Source of the DNA: Camelus dromedarius
Taxonomy: Eukaryota
Direction: 5' to 3'
NCBI RefSeq assembly: GCF_036321535.1
Contig: NC_087472.1
Span: 93,684,001 to 93,748,000, forward strand
Length of the DNA stretch: 64,000 nucleotides
The first letter of the stretch is position 1; each line of letters begins with the position of its first letter. This document shows positions 12,001-25,073 of the stretch, piece by piece. Made by a program: the position numbers and the translations under genes. The notes below the pieces were generated by a model that searched no databases, was not told the origin of the DNA, and saw only the letters and a list, made by a program, of their open reading frames with translations.

Positions 12001-13803
12001 ATAAGAGACTTTTAAATGAACAACAGAGGATCAGTAGATTGTTCATTGGTTCTACCCACTTAGTAAACAGTGATCTGACTCATGTTAGTGAGTGGGGTAA
12101 TTTAGACGCAGGGTTTCCTTGACAAGCAGATTTGCCCTTCTTCTGACCCTTGCACACAACAATCAACTTGCTCCAAATCAAAATTGAATGAATATTAAAG
12201 GAGTAGTGGTTTGAATAAGTCAAATTGTCAAGACTGTGGCAGAGACATATACTGCCCATTTTAACTCCAGAATATGACTTCACTGGTTAGACTCTTAGGG
12301 CAGCTATCCGCTCTCTTACCACTCCATTCAGTGTATCCTATCAAATATGCAGCTGTCCCAGACAGAGGAATATTACTGTTTAGTCAGTAGTATTATGAAT
12401 TAAGGCATTAGGTCTTATAGGCATTATAAAAATATAACTGTATAAAAAGCAAAAAAGAAGTTACTATAAATGGGCTTACTTTCTCTGCCTTCATTCCTTT
12501 TTATTTCTGTTTCTTGGGAACTGAATTCTAATCACAGTAAAAAAAAAATTAATGATAATTGTAATTTGCTTAAAAATAATTCAGCATAGATAGTTTATGC
12601 ATTCTAACCAGGAATTCCCACTCCAGGGATAGTCAGATGTCATTTTTTCAGAGAGAATACTCTCCCCTATCCAGAGGCAGTGATTACAGACACATTAGCT
12701 GTCTTTGTCTTTGATCATATCCAGATGTTTTGCTAATCACCATATTTCATGTCAGAAGTGGGTTTTCATTGGTTAAATTAGTGGCTAGCTTATTAATTGG
12801 CATGGCATCTGTTAGAAATGGATGGTAATTTGTGAAACTAAAAGCTTTCAACTTACTTGAATTGGCTAAAAGAGTACAAATACCCCTACCCTCAAATTAA
12901 CAAGACATAAAAATCCAGCAAGTTTTGCCACTTCAACCCTCAGGAACAGTGCTTAAGACCAGATTTGTAAACTATCCTGTATCCTGCCTTTGTTTTAGAA
13001 AGATTCCGGTTGCCTAATGCTGTCCATAAAAATAACTGAGTCTTACTTCTAGAATGTTGTCCAGTATTGAGTCAATATTTCTTGTAAGGGGGGAGGGTCA
13101 AACTCCTAAAATGACAGACAGCTGAGACCTCATCAATCTTATATAGGCTGTAATATGAACTATTTTTGCCTCTTTGCTAATAAATGTTTCTGTTATGACA
13201 GAGCTTGTTCTGAGACTTGATCTCATAATAACCTGGTTACATTGTTTAAGGGAAGTAGCTAGCCCTTATTGATAAAAAATATTTTGTTGGCTACTGTTTA
13301 TTAAAAGTAAACAAACAAAATATCCTTGAGTTTTGCATGTTTAACTTGCTTAGGATCATCCCTAACAAAATTAAATATTAACTAATGGTATCTCCATTTT
13401 TAATACTTGACACTAGTAGGTCCCATCTCATAAAATGATCTTTAAAAATATATTGCTTTTGTACAATTTACATTGACTAAATAGCTTTCATAACTGCTAA
13501 TCACCGTCTTTATATCACAACCTGAGCTTCCATTTAAAAAAATCAAGGTAAATCATAAATAGCATCATTTTAGATGGTGAAATTATATGCTATTTCATTT
13601 TTATTAGATAAACCAGATTTATTTTCTGAAGGATCATTTCCCATGCAAGAATCCATTGATTGAGGGGTTTTAGTAGCTGTTATATAAATAACAACAGAAT
13701 AAAGCTTATAAATAATAATTTAAAATGGCAAAATCATAGGTAGCTGTAGAGAATGTTCATAAATAACATTCTCTGTCCAGTGTACCATAATTAAAAAGTA
13801 AGA

Positions 13804-14025
13804 GATAGAAGTGAAATTTATACCTGTTAATAACTTACATTTCCCTCTACCCCTAGTCCCTGATAACCACCATTCCAGTTTTTAATTTTAAGGGTTTGAC
13901 TGGCTTAGGTATCTCATATAAGTGGAATCATGCAGTTACTTGTCTTTCTGTGTCTGGCTTATTTCACTTAGCATCTATAGTCAACAAAATGTATTGTACA
14001 CTTAAAATTTGTTAAGAGTTTTTTT
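13804..14025 (+). mobile_element. Short L1 3' fragment with 5' inversion
   Basis: Antisense L1 3'UTR (~13812-13974) fused to sense 3'UTR (~13975-14018); flanked by ttaaaaagtaaga at 13791-13803 and 14026-14038. Confidence 0.7.
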
Positions 14026-14319
14026 TTAAAAAGTAAGAAACAAAAACTAATCATTCTGCTCCAAATTATCCCCTAATTAGACCAAGGGTCAATTTACCAA
14101 GTTACTGTCTGAATAAATTAATGTTTCCTTAAAGAACCCATGCATCTGTTGTGTGGGTCTATCTATTTAAAAGTATATATACATATATGGACACAGAATA
14201 CTGTAGTGAAAAAGACTGGGTCTTGCCCGTAAAGAATTCCTAGTCCAGCCAGATATCAATAAATAACTATTAATCATTATATAGCACAATCAAAGCTATA
14301 CTGGAGACAGTACTATTTA

Positions 14320-14500
14320 GAACAAGGTTCCAGTTTTAGTTTAGGTACTTATTAGCTGGAAAGCTTTGGGTAAGGCATTTAACCTCACTGAGACTCAATT
14401 TCTTCATTTGTAAAAATGAGATAATGCCTGTCTCACAGAGTTCTCATATTGTCATGAGGATTAAATACACTACTGTTATAAAAATGCTTACCTGAAGGCC
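14320..14500 (+). mobile_element. MIR SINE
   Basis: ctttgggtaaggcatttaacctcactgagactcaattttcttcatttgtaaaaatgagataat...gaggattaaat. Confidence 0.8.
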
Positions 14501-15447
14501 TAGTATACTTTACATTAATCTCTTAAGCAGTTTTTGTGAATTAATTCACTAGATTAAACACCTGTCCTTAATACCTTCATAAAACATGCTGACAGATGCT
14601 TTAACATCCTGAATGCTTATGGATACAGGTCTACTCTACTACAGCCTCAAATGTCTGCCCCCCATCAATTGAGTCATTTGCTTATCGAAGAGTCAGTTAT
14701 GCTTTATCCAATGGAATTTGTTGTGCCACTTTTACTTGTTTTAATTGTATAATTTAATTCAATATGAACAAAAATTGAAGGACTAAAATAGATTTTTGTC
14801 TATAGAAACTAAGCCAGATTCTTTTGCTCACTTGATAAATGTGAGCTGCTAAAATATGTGAAAGAGACACTTGTAATAAAAAAATTGGAAAAATCATATT
14901 CTGGAAATGTGATTTTTTTTTTAAGCAGAGTTCTTCCTAAGTGTCTTTGGGTTTCCACCTATTAATTAAAAAAAGCCCTAAAACTAGAATGTGTAGATGA
15001 TGCATATGACTATAGAAATTACATTCACAAAATCAAATTCAAAGGAATGGTCTTGGCACTACATAAAAAAGTGATAAATTTCATTTACCACTTAATTTTA
15101 AGTCAAAATGAAGAATTGTAAGTTAAAATATATTGATATGTAAATTAAATCAACATCTTAAAGTACACATACGTATATGCACACACATATACCTGTAAAT
15201 ATACATATATATAGTTTATTTGTCATTTTTATTATTTTCTCTCTATTGGACTTTTTTTTTGATTAACTGACCAGTCACTCATTTCTGGCTGCTTTAGAGA
15301 AAAGTGTTTCTAATTGTAAGTAAAAATCAATGGTGGATATGAATGTATGAAAGCTAGCTTTGTCTAGGATGAAGGTTAGGGAATTGTTATTCCTGAAGAA
15401 TCTAACAAATGTAAGCATAAGATATTTTTGTATTATGAACATTAACT

Positions 15448-16429
15448 CTTTTTAAATTGAAGTATAGTTAGTTTATAATATCGTGTTTCTGGTATACAGC
15501 AAAATGATTTAGTTATATATATTTTTCATATTCTTTTTCATTATAGATTGTTACAAGATATCGAATATAGTTTCCTGTGTTATACAGTAGGACCTTGTTT
15601 TTTATCTACTTTATGTTGTTTATCTACTTTATATATAGTAGTTTGTATCTGCTAATCCAAAACTCCTAATTTATTCCTTTCCCCACTTTCCCCTTTGGTA
15701 ACTGTAAGTTTGTTTTCTATGTCTGGGAATCTGTTTCTGTTTTGTAAGTTCATTTGTATCATATTTTGGATTCCACATATAAGTGATATCATATGATAAT
15801 TATCTTTCTTGGTCTGACTTACTTCACTTAGTATGATAATCTCTAGGTCCATCCATGTTGCTGTAAATGGCATTATTTCACTCTTTTTTATGGCTGAATA
15901 GTGTTCGGTTGTATTTATGTATATATGTGTGTGTGTGTGTATACAGATATGTGTGTGTGTGTGTACATATATATATACACACTACATCTTCTTTATCCAG
16001 TCATCTGTTGATGGACATTTAGGTTGTTTCCATGTCTTGGCTATTGTAAATAGTGCTGCTATGAACATTGGGGTGCATGTATGTTTTAGAACTAGAGTTT
16101 TCATATTTTCTGGGTATATGCCCAGGAATGGGATTGCTCGATCATATGGCAACTCTATTTTCAGTTTTTTAAGGAACCTCCGTACTGTTCTCCATAGTGG
16201 CTGCACCAATTTACCTTCCAACCAACAGTACAGTTGGGTTCTCTTTTCTCCCCACCCTCTCCAGCGTTTATTATTCGTAGACTTTTCGATGATGGCCATT
16301 CTGACTGGTGTGAGGTGATACCTCACTGTAGTTTTGATTTACATTTCTCTAATAATTAGTGATGTTGAGCGTCTTTTATATGCTCATTGGCCATCTGTAT
16401 GTCTTTGGAGAAGTATCTATTTAGGTCTA
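15448..16429 (-). mobile_element. 5'-truncated L1 with target-site duplication
   Basis: ORF2 C-terminus open over 15982-16326 ([11 protein letters not shown]...KLVQPLW...[19 protein letters not shown]); TSD atgaacattaact 15435-15447 / atgagcattaact 16430-16442. Confidence 0.95.
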
Positions 16430-18129
16430 ATGAGCATTAACTTAAAAACACAGCTATCAAATAGCTTAGTCAAAATATTAATTAGATGTTTAAATTAAAA
16501 ATTGCTTTCTTCACTAAGAAATATTTTATTAAGATTGTTTTTGTAAGATGTTAAGATTATTTGTGTTTGCTAATTCTAGTTAGATTTCTTTGTATAATAC
16601 TGATTATATATTTATAATTATATACAATATAATTAAATACATATTGTAGATAAATTCTTCCTATAGCATTTTGCAGTGTTCTGTTTTTTAATCTGTGTCT
16701 ATTTTCTTTAATAAAATTTTTGGAGATGTGGACAGTGCCTCAGCATTTTTGTGCTCATCACATTATGTGACACTGTGATTGAGTCAAAAATATGTGATAA
16801 GTACATTTTCTAGGAACAAATGAATATCTGGGAATTACTGCTTTCCATATACTAAAATGAAGATTGGCCCTTTTAAATTTTATTTCCAGACTACTTGAAA
16901 AAATAACACGTTATTTATATCTAAACTCAGAGGAGACATAAGTCTCGTAGAATGTGGCTAAATTCTTTGAATAATGCATGATTACTTTGCTTCATAGACT
17001 AATGTGTCAATGAATTGATCTTACTCTGAAGAAATGTCACCTAAGACTTTTTTCATATTTTTCTTCAAATTTTGAGGAATAAAAATGTTTTAGAGTATAC
17101 ATTTGCTAGCAGATGCTGCATAAATTCTCATTCATAAATATTTAGATCTTGATTTGACGACAAAAATATGAGATTACAGTATATGTGACAGTCTTTCCGC
17201 CTAAGTGTATAACTGTATTCTTGAATTATTCCTATTGCAGATGTAATGCCTTTAAAAGTATTTTATTACAGCAATGAATTTCCCCAAGGAAAAGTGTTTA
17301 TAAATATATGAATCAAGGTGATGCATTTTGCTGGTGTTATTTTCTTGCCTTCTTCCTGTATTTATTTCCATGACTTACAAAATATTTTACAACAAAATGA
17401 GCCAACAGGAATTGCCATATTGAAGTAGACAAAGGATTCAATTATTCTGGCAACTGTTATATGAATGTCTTTTTTGTTATTGTTCTTCAAACTAGAGAAA
17501 TGCATAGTTGCAACAAAATTATTACTCTAAATGATTAACTTCTCTAGCAAATAATCTAAAATTAAAGCCTATCTGTAGAATTCTTCAGATTATGGTCACC
17601 TAGGAAAATTTTACATCCTAAGTTAAACATGTGCTTGGTCTGCATGACAGCTTAATTGTGCCTCTGTTTTCTGACATTAGAAATATGTATAAAAATTTTT
17701 GTCGTTGTCACTTCAGAGTAATTTTGATCAATTTAGATGAACAAAACAATCTGAAGTTCTAAAAAAGTTGTAAGCAATTTGAAAATCTTTGGTCTTTGTG
17801 TTTTCTTTTAACCTTTAAATGGGGTGAGACTTTTGCCCTTCATTTTGTTTATTTTACCCAAGGTTTCAATGGTTCTATTTTTTGAATCACTTTGCTCTGA
17901 AGTAATTATAGCATGCCAGGTCCTCATCATTCCATATGACTACTTATTCTGTCCTCATCCCTGCTGATGCATGACTGAGTGGTGGAATAATGGAATGCTC
18001 TCAAGTTGTTTAAATTGACAAAATGTCCTAGCAGCTAATTGGTGGATCTCAGAAGCTGATACCTGTTTCTCTTTTTGATTATTTTGCAGATGACTGAACA
18101 CATCTAATCAAGTTTCTTTGCTTTGAAAC

Positions 18130-18250
18130 TTCAGTTTCTACAGGTCCATTAGGGCAGGAACTTCATCTCTTTTGTTCACAACTGTACACCCAGAACTCAC
18201 CTAGCAGATAGTAGGCACTCAACAGATATTATTGACGGAATTAATAAAAT
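18130..18250 (+). mobile_element. L2 3' end
   Basis: agggcaggaac...tagtaggcactcaacagatattattga matches the L2 terminal motif. Confidence 0.7.
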
Positions 18251-18379
18251 GGATTGTAGTTATCAGTTACGTCAATTAGTGAATCAATGAATTGAGGCTT
18301 ACATTTCATAGCTAGATTGTAAAACCATCTTAGAAGTGTTTATATATCAAAATGGTTAGACTGAGGAGATTCAGAGTTA

Positions 18380-18545
18380 GGAAGGGCAGGCTGTGTGATC
18401 TCATGTAAGTTATTTAGCCTCTCTAAGTCTATTTTTCTCATTTTTAAAGGAAAATAATTATAACATTGTGAAGATTAAATGGAATAATACATATTCAATG
18501 ATTATGCCTGTCACATCATAATCAATACATATAGTTATTATTTTT
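18380..18545 (+). mobile_element. MIR fragment
   Basis: gctgtgtgatctcatgtaagttatttagcctctctaag...gtgaagattaaatgg. Confidence 0.7.
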
Positions 18546-19000
18546 ATTATGAACAGAGATTTAATTTGGGAATTCATTCTCAGAAACTAGTATTAGTATA
18601 GGGCATTTTATAGAAAGTTCATCTAACTGTTAAAAAATATTAGACATTAAAGAGCAAAGCATTTGGTAAGAATTATGAAGGGGCTTGGAAATAGAAAAAA
18701 AATTAGGAGCTAGCAGACATTTTAATTTTTTAAAAAGTATCCAACACTACTGTCAAAGTTAGATTCTTGAAACATCATACTTCTAGGATTTCTGAATTAA
18801 AATAATTATCTAACATTAAAATGTCTACTTTTAGTCCTAATACATCATTCATATCAGGAAAATACTTATGGTGATTCTAGACATACAAATGAAGAGGATA
18901 ACTTTGATAATTATCATAAACAGAAAAAGTAAATTGACTTATTTCACCTTAACACAATGAATAATGTGTTAAATGCTAGCATAAAAGGGCTTGAATTATT

Positions 19001-19209
19001 CAGTGCTGTCCAATAGAACTTTCTGTGATGATGGAAATGATCTATATTTGAGCTGTCCAAGACAGTAGCAATGAGCCTCATGAGGCTAGTGAACATTGGA
19101 AAGGTGGCTAGTGCTAATGATGAACTGATTTTTAAATTTTGTTTAATTTTAATTAAGTAAAATGTAAATATCCATATGTAGCTGATGGCTACCATATTGG
19201 ACAGCATAC
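19001..19209 (+). mobile_element. MER3 hAT-Charlie MITE
   Basis: cagtgctgtccaatagaactttctgtgatgatggaaatg ... ggctaccatattggacagca with inverted termini. Confidence 0.9.
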
Positions 19210-20154
19210 ATATAGATATATACCATGATACTCATTTTCCATTTTTGGCAAAAGTATAAACAGGATTCTGTTTTGTCAACTGCAGAGGTTTCATATTCAG
19301 AAGCCAGTTAATGTAAAGTAAAATTTAGTATGCATATTTTTGTTACATAGTCCAATATCTTTGTAATCATTAGGCGTTTTTGTTTCATTTTGATAATTGA
19401 GCAAATGCATATGCACTAGGATAAAATTGTATGGAATTTGGTATTTAGTTTTAATTTTTGTAAGATAAAATTAGTAAGAAAAGTCTTATTCAGAACAGAG
19501 AATTTTTTTCCCCAGAGACAAAAACACTTCTCCCTTAATTTTCCTACCTATGTATCTCTTCACTTCCTGCTTTACCCCTGACTTAAGGAAATCGATCATT
19601 TTTAGGTACAGAATGACAAACTAAATTTATACTGTAGATAATTATTCATTTATTTTTGATAAATACCACTGGGATTTAATTTATTACTGTTATCATTATT
19701 ATTTAATTTAGAAAAGGTAAATGCATATACACATACATAGAGCACACTATCATTGTTTTCCTATGTTCTCTTTTTATTCTTAATCCTCAATCCTTATTTT
19801 TACCCAGAGATTTTGTATTCCATAGCAGAAAATTATCTTTATTTTACAAACCATATTGAATCCAAGAATGTCCAGAGATCTGAAATAAGGTTACTTACAG
19901 TTATATCTGAATGCATGGATCCTGAATATAAAGGGATAAGAATCTTTCAGTATTCCTAATTCATTTAATGCAATCTAAAAGCATTCCTGCAATTCTTCAG
20001 CAGGGATAACAAATAGATTTCAAAATATTTTCAGGCTAATCAGAGCAGTTTGCAATGATCACTCAGAATGCTATATTGATCCTGAAACTGCAACTTCATT
20101 CTCAGGGTTTTATGGAGATCCATGTATCACGTCCATGCCATTTTGCTCAGGGAA

Positions 20155-20332
20155 AGTGGTTCTGAACTCTTGGTTGCAAATTAGAGTCATATGGGAGATT
20201 TTTAACAAACATCATTGCCTAGTCTCTACTCTAAACCAATCCAGCCAGATTCTCTGGGGCTAGAGCCTAGGCATCAGTATGCTTTAAACTTTCCCAAATG
20301 ATGTTAATGTACAGCTATGTTTGAGAGTGTTG
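20155..20332. mobile_element. MER5A/B-like element
   Basis: gtggttctgaactcttggttgcaaattagagtca...aggcatcagtat...gtttgagag. Confidence 0.7.
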
Positions 20333-20489
20333 GTTCCCATAGGAGGTGACACACTAACCTATCTGCCACCCAGTAAATCTTATTTTTGTTCTATCTTCAA
20401 ATCAAATATGCATGAAATATTAAAGTAGCTCTGATAGAACCATGTTAATTTGCAGATTCTGATCGATTCCAGGTTAACATAAATCTTAC

Positions 20490-20558
20490 CTATGATCATT
20501 ATTGTGTCACTCGATTGTGCTTTGTCCGCCTTTTTCTGCCTGTATATCATTTACGGTC
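20490..20558 (-). other. Candidate 69-nt spliced exon (lncRNA/UTR?)
   Basis: Minus strand acceptor atgttcattttag|GAC and donor TAG|GTAAGA; locally CpG-retaining unique DNA; stops in all three frames. Confidence 0.3.
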
Positions 20559-20929
20559 CTAAAATGAACATGTACGTGAGGATTGGTGCTGTGGGAAAGA
20601 ATATGGTAACTGCCCTGAATACCTGAGATCCATAACAGCAGTGTTCTGTCCAATCAGCTGAGAAAGAGATTGTAAAAATTTTAAGATAACTACATTACAT
20701 TGTAGTTACATTACAATGTACAACTACATTGTGCAATTCTGAACTTCTCTTTTAGGACAGTTTGCTTATTTTTATCCATGATCTAAATATCCTAATAACT
20801 GAATGCAATTTTAAAAAGTGTATCTCAGATAATTTTTAAAATTATGCCTGATCAACTGAGAAATACTACTACTGGTCTTTGATATCAGTTCTCCTAAAAT
20901 ACAAAGTATGCTTCTGTCAAGATATTATC

Positions 20930-21980
20930 TGAGGTTACATTACTCTCTCTTCTCCTTGCCTCTGCTTCCTTCACAGAGGTATCATTATCTTGAATTTAGT
21001 GTTTATAGTAATGTTTTCCATTTTCTTATTCCAGTATTTATATATCCCTAAACAATATAGAATACTGTTTTTATGTTGTGATTCCCAAATGTGATAATCA
21101 TCTTCAGAAAGCTGAGTCATTTTTATTTCTTTAAACATTTTACACATACTTATTTTTCATCTTTCCCTGATAATTTTAATGTCTCAATTTCTTGGTCATA
21201 GAAATCTGTCCTTTTCTTCCCTCCTCACTTTTACTTATGGTACCTTGTTTCTTTTTCTGCTGTGTAATTTTGAATTCTGAGCTTCAGTTCAGGAACTTTT
21301 ATATTAGGACAGCTTGTGAGTCCTTTTTTGAAGTTACCTTCTTCAAGAAAGGTAACGAATTTTACCTGTGTGAGGTGGCATAAATTATTAACAAATCAAT
21401 GTCTTTAATTTTGTGGTGTGAAGTTTTACAGACTATGTGGGTAGCAAAAATAGGAACTCATCGTATGTGAGGGCAAGAATGAAGTTGTGAAATCTCAGTG
21501 AAACCTTTTAAAAATTTTCTTCCCAGAACCCAAGACTAGATAGATAATTTTACTTGTCTTTGGCCTTTGACAGGAGGTGGTTTTTTTGGGGTTTTTTTTT
21601 TGTTTGTTTTTTGTTTTTGTTTTTGTCTAATTCATCTTTTACTGAAGGTGAAGATCTTGGCTTGCTTTGGGGTCTTTATCTTGTTCTACCTTTGCTTGTT
21701 CCACTCCTTGCTGGGAGCCAGGGACCTACCTCCTTCTCCTTCACCAGCTATGAGGGTACAAGTGTCTTGGATACTGAGAAAGGCAAAGAATTCCCCAAAT
21801 AGCGTAGTTTCAGCTTCATTGCATCACTTGATTCCTGGCTTCCTCTTCACTTTTGTATGGCTCCTGGGGATTTCCCTTAGCTTCCTGAAAGCTCAGCTAT
21901 GTAATTAAATACCTGTTGGTCATGTTTATCCAGCATATCTAAGTGATTTGTAACAGGCAGTTTTTCAGAGTGAGCCTGCC
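20930..21980 (-). mobile_element. Old L1 remnant (L1ME/L1M-like)
   Basis: T-rich degenerate L1-like antisense sequence. Confidence 0.45.
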
Positions 21981-22069
21981 TTATCACTGAAAACAGATGT
22001 CTTTATATTACTAAAAGTCTTGATGATGAAGTTTCTGGTAATGAAGTGTATCATCCACCTCTTACTTCA

Positions 22070-22740
22070 TCTATTCATTCTCTTGACAAATATTAATTGA
22101 ATATCTCTATGTCTCACTTTTCTGTACCCTGGGGATAAAATGGTCATCAAAACTGATGCTACTGTCAAGGAGCTTGCATTCTAGTAGGAGAAACAAACAA
22201 CATATTAAATGTGTGTGTGTATATGTGGGCACGCATCTCACAAATTTAAGTTATAAATTATACAGATATATACATAGGAACATACCATACTCCCAAGTAG
22301 CCCTCAAAGAGAATTCTTAGGTCAGATTCTTGGATCATCATTTGATGGGTGATATTTTAGATATAGTGAAGATTTCTCAGAGGAGGAGACATTGATCAAG
22401 TAGAAAAGCAGTGAGGGAGCTTAGCAGATATACAGGGGTTGTATGAATGCTCTGAGCAGAGACAACATTAAGTACAAAGTGCTAAGAATGGGACTTGAAA
22501 TGTTTTCATGGATTTAAACAAAAACTCAGGAGAATATAATCAATTTTAGAGAAAGTAGGATTTTTGGAACACTAAATCAGTCAGTCATTTGAGAAGCTAG
22601 AGATTTCCTAATCAGTTCATTCATAGTCAAATCAGTCATTCAGTCAAATAAAAAAAATATTGAGTGCTTCATATATTAGGTGTTGCATGAGACACAAATT
22701 TTAAGTGACTCATTGTGAACTCAACAGTTTAATAGGGGAG
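22070..22740 (-). mobile_element. L2 fragments
   Basis: cattcattc...aaatattaattgaatatct..., caaggagcttgcattctagtagga; second fragment at ~22620-22740. Confidence 0.65.
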
Positions 22741-23928
22741 GCAAGGGATAACCTCATGGAAAGTAATGCAGTCATTAGCAATATTTTAATTAATGTCATC
22801 TTATTGCTTCCAGAAAAATAGCAGAGAACAGCATGTCTTATTTTTTCAATTTATTAATAATTTTAAAAGCTTTAAATTGTAACTATATTATATGTATACA
22901 TAAGCACTAATATTATATGTATTTTTATAAAACTGCTAAAATTTACCAAAAGTTACTTGGATTCTTCTCAGTTTCTGTTGCTTCCTCGTCTCTCCAGCAT
23001 TAGTTCAGATTATCTTGAACTTTTCCTCAAAGCAAAAGAGAGTACAAAAATAAGAATTGCTCCCTTAAAAATAAACACACAAACAAACAACAGCAAACTT
23101 TAAAATATCTTTAAAATAATTGTTTGGAAAAAAGGGAGAAGTACAATTTCCCACAAAATCGTGATGAGAGTTAGCAGCACAATTTTTAATAATGCCCAGA
23201 TCTCTTGCCTTAATAAGGCTCTGACTCCTTAGAGCTTTTTCTTCTAAGTAATACAGATTATCTCCCACTTAACATCAGTAATACATTATGGAAATGAAAA
23301 GTTCTAAGCAAAAGTGCTAACTTGGAGTTGATTTCCCATTGTTTGAAATGGGATATATAGTATATTTCTCATCATACATGTGCAGGACAGTGATCTCCAA
23401 AAGAGGGGAAACAAATTAATTGAGTCCTGTGATCACTCAGTGTAATACCTAGAGAGAATTTTCAGCCCAGAACACAGGTTGGTGAAAGTCAGGGTGAGCC
23501 CAGCAGTGTCCCTGAGTTGAAAAGATGCACGTGAGAATTTGGGAAGATCAAAGTATCTGGAGTTCACAGGGCAGAATAAAGGAGAAGAGAAGGTTGCAGT
23601 GAGAGAAAGCTCTGAAGATTTGCAGAAGAATTCCCCTCTCTGGGTATTCATCTTAGGATTTATTGGAACATGCATGTGAGGAAGCTAGCTGAAGCCAAGG
23701 GAAGGATAACCTGAAAGAATCAGGCAAAAAAAATCTCCAGGGCTCAAATGGAGCACTAATTATTGGTGTTCTCACGAGCCTGAGTAGAAAAATTGTAATA
23801 TGTGAGGTATCAGGTGCACTGTTCTGTAGGGTGTTGGCTCACTTAAGGGGCAAAATCAGATCTAGACCACGGGCTTCTCTGGTCCTGCTTAACAAAGCTT
23901 AAAAGCAAGTTTAAAAGTATCAAACCCC

Positions 23929-24136
23929 ATAGACTGGGATTTCAAAATTGTAGAATAGATAAACAAGATTATACTGTATAGCACAGGGAAATATATATAA
24001 GATCTTGTGGTAGCTCACAGAAAAATGTGACGATGAATATGTATATGTTCATCTATAACTGAAAAATTGTGCTCTACACTGGAATTTGACACAACATTGT
24101 AAAATGATTATAAATCAGTAAAAAATGTTAAAAAAG
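23929..24136 (+). mobile_element. Young 5'-truncated L1 3' end with perfect TSD
   Basis: L1 3'UTR (aacaagattatactgtatagcacagggaaatatat) with A-rich tail; TSD aagtatcaaacccc at 23915-23928 and 24137-24150. Confidence 0.9.
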
Positions 24137-24443
24137 AAGTATCAAACCCCAAGGGAAAAAATGAAGAAAACTTCACCAAGACACATCATAATTATATTGC
24201 TTAAAATCAGTGATGAACAGAATACATTTTGCAGTGAGAAACAAATATAAGAATTGTAGCAGACCTTTTTGGAAGCTCAATGAGTCAGAACACAGTGGAA
24301 CAATATCTTTAAAGTACTGAAAGAAAATAACACAAACTTTGAATGGTATAGCTAGTAAAAATATGTTTCAATAATAAAAGTGAAATCTTTATTCAGACAT
24401 ACAAAAAGTAAAATAATTCATTACCAGCAGACATGCAATTTTA

Positions 24444-25073
24444 TTTTTATTTAATTTTAATTACATACTTCTCTAATAGATTTATTATTTTTTTGAAAGG
24501 AACGGATTTTGAGGAGAAAAAACATGAGGCAGAGAAGTATGGAATAGAAACTACAAAGGTAAGTTGTTAACTATTTTATAATCACAACAAATTAGTACAA
24601 AAAATGCCTTGTATAAAAAACAACACAAAAAAGGTTCAAAGATTGAGGTGTTGCCTTTGGCAAGTTTGCAGATTTCAGTCTGGTATTTGGAATTTGGGCT
24701 GCAGTCTTTGTTTTTGGATGGATCATTGGATGTGTGGCAGTCCCTGCTTTTAACCAGATTTGAACAGAAGAATGGCCACTTGGCCCAGGTAGAAGTAGGT
24801 GAAGTGCTTAGTTTAATGTGTCATGTAGCTACTGAAGTTCCTCCGCATGATGCAGTGCTAGGTGGGTTGTGCTTCTTGTCAGACGCCTTCTTAACGTAGG
24901 CCACAATGTCCTTTTCTGTTATATTTCTCCAACACCTGGGTAATACACTTTACCAATTCCTGTTGCATTTCCTGACATCATCAACATTTTTAACCACAGC
25001 CTTTTGATCACACATGGTTACAGTGGGGTAGAGGTTGGCTGACTGCAACCAGTCTCTTAGGGTGGAGTCTGGC
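24444..25073 (-). pseudogene. DYNLL1: Processed pseudogene of dynein light chain LC8-type 1
   Basis: Minus strand ATG at 25015 gives MCDQKAVVKN...; C-terminus ...[34 protein letters not shown] ends at 24750; 266 nt versus 270 expected (frameshifted); intronless; DYNLL1-like 3'UTR, AATAAA and A-rich tail; TSD cagacatgcaatttta 24428-24443 / cagatatgaaatttta 25074-25089. Confidence 0.95.

Noticed and set aside
15917..16326. 133-aa and 114-aa ORFs as host genes
   Set aside because: They are the L1 ORF2 C-terminus and its antisense.
24609..24899. 96-aa plus-strand ORF
   Set aside because: Antisense of the DYNLL1 pseudogene.
24750..25015. Functional DYNLL1 retrogene
   Set aside because: Frameshifts, an internal stop and many substitutions in a normally near-invariant protein.
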